NCBI GenBank assembly: GCA_963667785.2
Contig: CAXXMU010000005.1
Span: 403,786-467,785 of the forward strand
Source: Alphaproteobacteria bacterium
Lineage (GTDB): Bacteria; Pseudomonadota; Alphaproteobacteria; UBA828
Direction of reading: 5' to 3'
DNA length: 64,000 bases
In this document: piece after piece, positions 58,447 to 64,000 of the stretch
Layout: each line of letters opens with the position of its first letter
How positions within the stretch are numbered: position 1 is the first letter of the stretch
Notes under the pieces: model-generated
Told to the model about the DNA's origin: nothing
Databases searched by the model: none
The model's input: only the letters and a program-made list of their open reading frames with translations
Position numbers and translations under genes: made by a program

Positions 58447-59802
58447 GTGATGTGGCGACGCCGGTTCGCGGTTGCGGCACTCGTTTCGCTGTTCTCGGCG
58501 ATGGCCGCCGCCGGGGCGCTGGCCGCGCCGTCGGTGGTCGACGTCCGCATCGGCGAGTACGGCGACGGGACCCGCCTGGTCCTGGACCTCACCGAGGCGA
58601 CGACCTTCGAGGTCTCCACGCTGAGCGGGCCGGACCGCCTGGTGGTCGACCTGCCGCCGGTGGCCTGGGCGGTGGGAGGACGGTCCCTCTCGATCGGCCG
58701 CGCAGGCGTGGTGCAGGTGCGCTTCGGCCAGTTCAGCCGGGACACCTCCCGCGTCGTGGTCGACCTCACCCGCCCGGCAATCGTGCAGCGGACGTTCATG
58801 CTGGCGCCGCGCGCGGGCGGCTCGTCCGTCCACCGCCTGCTGGTGGATTTCGGCGCGGTCCCGGTCGCAGCTCTTCCCGCCGCAGAGCCCGAACCGGCCG
58901 GCGCGGCCCCGGTCACGGCAACTCCCGCCGCCGAGCCCATCGCGCGATCCACCGGGCCCGTCGCGCTATCCGCCGAACCCGTCGCGCGATCCGCCAGGCC
59001 CGCGCCGGGGGAGGAGGAGGCCGTCCCCGACCCGGAGCCCCCGGTGCCGGCGGCGCTCGCGCGGCAGACCGAGCGGCGCGCGCCCCCGCCCCTGCCGCGG
59101 CAGAAGCCGGCGACGCGCGTGCCCCGCCTGATCGCGATCGACGCCGGCCATGGCGGCGCCGACCCCGGCGCCATCGCGGCGGACGGGGTGAAGGAGAAGA
59201 ACCTCGTCCTGACCTTCTCGCGCGAGCTCGGCGCGGCGCTCGAGGAGAGCGGCAGGTACCGCGCGGTGATGACCCGCGACGGCGACCGCAAGATCTCGCT
59301 CAGGCGGCGCGTCGCCATCGCCCGGGAGGCGGACGCCGAGGCGTTCCTCTCGATCCACGCCGACCGCGTGGACGAATCCTGGGTGCAGGGTGTCTCGGTC
59401 TACACGCTGTCTGACGAGGCGTCGGACCTGGAGACCGCCGAGCTCGCGGCGCGCGAGAACAGGGCCGACATCGTCGTCGACGTCGATCTCTCGGAGGGCT
59501 ACGACGAGGACACGGCGAAGGTGCTGATCTCGCTGGTCCAGCAGAACACGATGAACTGCTCGGCGGCGCTCGCGGCCCGCCTGCTGCCGGAGCTCGGCGG
59601 CGTGGCGCCGCTGGTCAAGCGCTCCCACCGCTTCGGCAACTTCCGCGTCCTCAAGGCGCCGGACATCCCGTCGGTCCTGGTCGAGCTGGGCTTCCTGTCC
59701 AACGACGAGGACCTGGAGCGGCTGCGGAGCGGGAGCCACCGGCGCGCGCTCGCGGGCGCGATCGAGCGGGCGCTCGACCGCTTCTTCGGCGAGCCCTGCT
59801 GA
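58447..59802 (+). CDS. amiC: N-acetylmuramoyl-L-alanine amidase (AMIN + Amidase_3)
   Basis: AMIN repeats (TRLVLDL, RLVVDL), IDAGHGGADPG, EK, FLSIHAD and VLVELGFLSN. Confidence 0.92.
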   Translation: MMWRRRFAVAALVSLFSAMAAAGALAAPSVVDVRIGEYGDGTRLVLDLTEATTFEVSTLSGPDRLVVDLPPVAWAVGGRSLSIGRAGVVQVRFGQFSRDTSRVVVDLTRPAIVQRTFMLAPRAGGSSVHRLLVDFGAVPVAALPAAEPEPAGAAPVTATPAAEPIARSTGPVALSAEPVARSARPAPGEEEAVPDPEPPVPAALARQTERRAPPPLPRQKPATRVPRLIAIDAGHGGADPGAIAADGVKEKNLVLTFSRELGAALEESGRYRAVMTRDGDRKISLRRRVAIAREADAEAFLSIHADRVDESWVQGVSVYTLSDEASDLETAELAARENRADIVVDVDLSEGYDEDTAKVLISLVQQNTMNCSAALAARLLPELGGVAPLVKRSHRFGNFRVLKAPDIPSVLVELGFLSNDEDLERLRSGSHRRALAGAIERALDRFFGEPC

Positions 59803-59830
59803 GCGGCGATCCCGCCCAAGGGGGGGCATG

Positions 59831-60046
59831 CGGGATTCCGTGGGATAGCAAGGGATTCCGCGGAGACGTGGGTGGGATTCCGCTGGGATATTGGGTGGGA
59901 TATCCGGGATGAATCCCACGACCGTGACGCGGCGCCCGGCGACGTGCCCCTTCGCTCCGTCTGACCCGATCCGTTCGTTCACGCGCTGCATGGCGCGATC
60001 TTGGCGCCTGCGCCAAGCGCCGTGCACCGCACCATGGTCCGGGGTG
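59831..60046 (-). repeat. Dispersed ~220-bp intergenic element, copy B
   Basis: Reverse complement of 5547-5773, 11 bp shorter. GGGAT occurs at 59832, 59842, 59852, 59874, 59885, 59897 and 59906. Confidence 0.9.
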
Positions 60047-60301
60047 TCGCGCATGCCCGCAGGGTCATGCGCGCGGGAGAAGAGTCCCTCGCGCCTGAGT
60101 CGCTCGTGCCTGCAAGGTCACGAGCGCGGTACATGAGGATCGCGAACACGGAAAGAGAGTCCGCGCGCCGCCGATCCCGCCGCACGATCGCCGCAATCGC
60201 GTGGTCTCGTGCGCCGGTGCGCGCAGGCGGAACCGGCCGCGCGCGAATGGTGGTAGGCTGGGACGCCCTTCGACTCCGGCAGGCGTTAGGCCCTCGCGCA
60301 G

Positions 60302-62713
60302 ATGAAGACCTTCGGCATCGCTCTCGGCAGCCTCGTCCTGCTGGCCGCCCTTGCCGCAGGGGCCATCGCCTTCGTGTTCTTCCACTACGGCCGCGACCTG
60401 CCGGACCACAAGCAGCTCGCCGCCTACGAGCCGCCGGTGATGACCCGGGTCTACGCGGGCGACGGCCGGCTGCTCGCCGAGCACGCCCGCGAGAAGCGCC
60501 TCTTCGTCCCCATCGGCGCCATGCCGCACCGCTTGATCCAGACCTTCCTCGCCGCCGAGGACAAGTCGTTCTACGAGCATTTCGGGGTCGACCCGATCAG
60601 CGTGGCGAACGCGGTGGTCACCAACCTCGTCAACATGGCCGGCAGCGGCGACCGCCGGCCGATCGGCGCCTCCACGGTGACCCAGCAGGTGGCGAAGAAC
60701 TTCCTGCTCTCGGGCGAGCTCTCGTTCTCGCGCAAGATCAGGGAAGCCATCCTCGCCATGAGGATCGAGGACGCCTTCACCAAGGACCAGATCCTCGAGC
60801 TCTACCTCAACGAGATCTATCTCGGCGGCGGCTCCTACGGGGTGGCGGCGGCGGCGCTCAACTACTTCGACCGCTCGCTCAACGAGCTCTCGCTGGCGGA
60901 GACGGCGTTTCTCGCCGCGCTCCCCAAGGCGCCCAACAACTACCACCCGGTCCGCAACCGCGAGGCGGCGGTGGCGCGGCGCAACTGGGTGCTGAGCCAG
61001 ATGGTCGCGAACGGCACGGCGAGCGAGGCCGAGGCCGAGGCCGCGATGCAGGCGCCGCTGCGCACCCGGACGCGCGCGCCCACCACCCTCGTCGAGGCGC
61101 CGCACTTCGCCGAGGAGGTGCGCCGCTGGCTGCAGCGCCGCTACGGCGACGACGCGCTCTATGACGGCGGCCTCTCCGTTCGCACCACGGTGGACCCGGA
61201 CCTGCAGGCGATCGCCGACGAGGCGCTGCGCGGCGGCCTCTTCGCCTACGATTCGCGGCAGGGCTGGCGCGGCCCACTCGGCCGGATCGAGCCCGGCGGC
61301 GACTGGCAGGCGGCGCTCGCCGCCGCCGAGATCGTGCCCGTGCCGCCGCCCTGGCGGCACGCGACGGTGCTGGCGGTGGAGCCTGCCGGCGCCGAGATCG
61401 GCTTCGCCGACGGCGCCCGCGGCCGGATGGCGCTGGAGGATCTCGCCTGGGCGCGGGAGGCGCGCGAGAACGGCAGGCTCGGGCCCGAGGTCGCTGCGGC
61501 GACCGAGGTGCTGAGCGCGGGCGACGTGGTGGCGGTGGCGCCGCTCGGGCAGCGCGAGGGCGCCTGGGCGCTCCGCCAGATTCCCGGGGTCTCGGGCGCG
61601 CTCGTCGCGCTCGATCCGCACACCGGCCGGGTGCTGGCGCTGGTCGGCGGCTTCGACTTCGCCACCAGCGAGTTCGACCGCGCGACCCAGGCCCGGCGCC
61701 AGCCGGGCTCCGCCTTCAAGCCCTTCGTCTACCTGGCGGCGCTGGACAACGGCTACACGCCGGCCTCCATCGTGCTCGACGCGCCGGTGGTAATCGACCA
61801 GGGCGAGCACCTGCGCAAGTGGAAGCCGGAGAACTACACCGAGCGCTTCTACGGGCCCAGCACGCTCCGGGTGGGCCTGGAGGAATCGCGCAACCTGATG
61901 ACGCTCCGCCTCGCCCAGGCCATCGGCATGGAGGCCGTGGCCGACTATGCCGCGCGCTTCGGGCTGCACCCGGACCTCCCCGACATGCCGTCGGCCGCGC
62001 TCGGCGCGCAGGAGACGACGCCGCTCGACCTCGCCGCGGCCTACGCCATGCTGGTCAACGGCGGGCGCAGGATCGAGCCGGCCCTGGTCGAGCGCATCCA
62101 GGACCGCAACGGGCGCACGGTCTATCGCCGCGACGGGCGCGAGTGCGGCGGCTGCGCGGCGGGCGACTGGCGCGGCGAGCCCCCGCCGGTGCTGCGCGAC
62201 GTACGCCCGGTGATCGCCGACCCCCGCACCACCTACCAGGTGGTGTCGATGCTGGAGGGGGCCGTGCAGCGCGGCACCGGCCGCGCGCTCAGCGAGCTGG
62301 GCGCGCCGCTCGGCGGCAAGACGGGGACCACCAACGAGTTCCGCGACGCCTGGTTCGTCGGCTTCACGCCGGACCTGGTGGTGGCGGCCTATGTCGGCTT
62401 CGACCAGCCGCGCTCGCTGGGCAGGCGGGAATCGGGGGGCCGGGTGGCGGCGCCGATCGTGCGCGACTTCTTCGCCAAGGCCCTCGCCGGCAGGCCGGCG
62501 GTGCCGTTCCGGGTGCCGCCCGGCATCCGCTTCGTGCGCGTCGAGCGCGAGAGCGGCGCGCTGGCCGGCGCCGACAGCGACGGCGTGATCGTCGAGGCGT
62601 TTCTCCCCGGCACCGAGCCGACCCGGCGGACGGCGCAGAGGCTGGGCGACGACGCGCCGGGCGCGCTCGAGAGCGGGGCGGTTCCGTCCGAGGGGCTGGG
62701 CGGCCTATATTGA
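60302..62713 (+). CDS. mrcA: Penicillin-binding protein 1A
   Basis: Transglycosylase motifs EDKSFYEHFG, GASTVTQQ and RKIRE; transpeptidase motifs SAFK, SRN and KTG. Confidence 0.95.
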   Translation: MKTFGIALGSLVLLAALAAGAIAFVFFHYGRDLPDHKQLAAYEPPVMTRVYAGDGRLLAEHAREKRLFVPIGAMPHRLIQTFLAAEDKSFYEHFGVDPISVANAVVTNLVNMAGSGDRRPIGASTVTQQVAKNFLLSGELSFSRKIREAILAMRIEDAFTKDQILELYLNEIYLGGGSYGVAAAALNYFDRSLNELSLAETAFLAALPKAPNNYHPVRNREAAVARRNWVLSQMVANGTASEAEAEAAMQAPLRTRTRAPTTLVEAPHFAEEVRRWLQRRYGDDALYDGGLSVRTTVDPDLQAIADEALRGGLFAYDSRQGWRGPLGRIEPGGDWQAALAAAEIVPVPPPWRHATVLAVEPAGAEIGFADGARGRMALEDLAWAREARENGRLGPEVAAATEVLSAGDVVAVAPLGQREGAWALRQIPGVSGALVALDPHTGRVLALVGGFDFATSEFDRATQARRQPGSAFKPFVYLAALDNGYTPASIVLDAPVVIDQGEHLRKWKPENYTERFYGPSTLRVGLEESRNLMTLRLAQAIGMEAVADYAARFGLHPDLPDMPSAALGAQETTPLDLAAAYAMLVNGGRRIEPALVERIQDRNGRTVYRRDGRECGGCAAGDWRGEPPPVLRDVRPVIADPRTTYQVVSMLEGAVQRGTGRALSELGAPLGGKTGTTNEFRDAWFVGFTPDLVVAAYVGFDQPRSLGRRESGGRVAAPIVRDFFAKALAGRPAVPFRVPPGIRFVRVERESGALAGADSDGVIVEAFLPGTEPTRRTAQRLGDDAPGALESGAVPSEGLGGLY

Positions 62714-62744
62714 ATATCGAGGCCGAGCCGGAGGAAGCCTGCCG

Positions 62745-63864
62745 ATGCGCGCCGAAGTCCTGTCCCTCGCCGACGAGATCAAGCAGTCGCTGGCGCTGCT
62801 GAGGAGGCATCTTTGACGTCGACGGCGCCACCGGCCGCCTGGAGGCGCTGAACCGCGAGGCCGAGGACCCGGACCTCTGGGCCGACGCCGAGCGGGCGCG
62901 CACGGTGATGCGCGAGCGCACCCGGCTGGACGCTGCGCTCGGCGGCTACCGGCGGCTGGAGCAGGAGCTCGACGACGGCCTCGCGCTCGCCGAGCTCGCC
63001 GAGGAGGAGGGCGACGAGGCGGCCTACGACGAGGCGGAGGCCGCGCTGGCCGCCACCCGCGAGGAGGCGAAGCGGCGCGAGCTGGAGAGCCTGCTCTCGG
63101 GCGAGGCCGACGGCAACGACGGCTTCCTCGAGGTCCATGCCGGCGCGGGTGGCACCGAATCGCAGGACTGGGCCGAGATGCTGCTGCGCATGTACGTGCG
63201 CTGGGCCGAGCAGCGCGGCTACAAGGTGGAGTGGATCGAGGAGAGCCCCGGCGAGGAGGCGGGGATCAAGTCGGCGGTCATCAGGGTCGCGGGCGAGAAC
63301 GCCTATGGCTGGCTCAAGACCGAGAGCGGCGTGCACCGCCTGGTCCGCATCTCGCCCTTCGACGCCGGCGCGCGCCGGCACACGAGCTTCGCCTCGGTCT
63401 GGGTCTATCCCGTGGTCGACGAGACCATCGACATCGAGATCGCGGACAAGGACCTCCGCATCGACACCTACCGGGCCTCGGGCGCGGGCGGGCAGCACGT
63501 CAACCGGACCGACAGCGCGGTCCGCATCACCCACCTGCCCACCAGCATCGTCGTCCAGTGCCAGGCCGAGCGCTCGCAGCACCGCAACAAGGCGGAGGCG
63601 ATGTCGATGCTCAGGGCGCGCCTCTACGAGCAGGCGCTGCAGGAGCGCGAGGCCGAGGCGCAGGCGCTCGCCGAGCAGAAGAGCGACATCGGCTGGGGCC
63701 ACCAGATCCGCTCCTACGTGCTGCAGCCCTACCGCATGGTGAAGGACCTGCGCACCGGGATCGAGAGCAGCAACCCGGACGCCGTGCTCGACGGCGGGAT
63801 CGACCCCTTTCTCGCGGCCTCGCTCGCCGCCCGGATCGGCGGCGCGGCGGAGAGCACGGGGTAG
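62745..63864 (+). CDS. prfB: Peptide chain release factor 2 (+1 programmed frameshift at 62811-62817)
   Basis: ORF1 is [23 protein letters not shown], ending in AGGAGG-cat-CTT-TGA-C. The +1 frame continues with SPF and GGQ motifs. Confidence 0.97.
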
Positions 63865-63891
63865 AGGCCTAAGCGCCCGGCACGAACGTCA

Positions 63892-63937
63892 CCCACCTCT
63901 CCCTGTCCCTCTCCCCCCTGAAGGGCGGAGAGGGGAC
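63892..63937. repeat. REP-like palindrome after prfB
   Basis: CCCACCTCTCCCTGTCCCTCTCCCCCCTGAAGGGCGGAGAGGGGAC, a reverse-complement relative of 45128-45173. Confidence 0.75.
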
Positions 63938-64000
63938 GGAGGTTGCGCCGACCTTGCTCTCAATCCCAGAGGGCGGTGAAGCACGTTGGCGGTGCCGCCT

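Noticed and set aside
58860-59120. Pro/Ala-rich repetitive stretch in amiC (PVARSARP-like repeats)
   Set aside because: An ordinary low-complexity linker between the AMIN and catalytic domains.

Overview
This is a very GC-rich chromosomal window, most likely from an alphaproteobacterium. Supporting signs are the SAM-II riboswitch, the amiC-PBP1A-prfB gene order, an RpoH-type promoter and GANTC-rich intergenic DNA. Core genes (hslUV, rpmB, upp, metH, pyk, amiC, mrcA, frameshifted prfB) are interleaved with a dense catabolic and uptake arsenal. The uptake systems are a urea/amide ABC, a betaine-type ABC and a TRAP transporter. The catabolic genes include a GS-like/isochorismatase/small Zn-protein/fused hydantoinase cluster, an HpaB-like monooxygenase with an enamidase-like hydrolase, an acetylene-hydratase-like molybdoenzyme, an SCP2-thiolase/HMGS-DUF35 module and a YVTN-S41-PCuAC operon. 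No integrase, transposase, CRISPR array, rRNA or tRNA is visible. The most unusual signal is non-coding: a ~220-bp element present twice in opposite orientation (5547-5773 and 59831-60046). It carries ATCCC motifs phased at about one helical turn and four conserved GANTC (CcrM-type) sites, and the copies differ in length by exactly 11 bp. Other phased arrays, a CTAG-ended MITE, REP-like palindromes and an orphan Lrp 3' fragment were also found. All calls are by-eye motif recognition; no searches were run.
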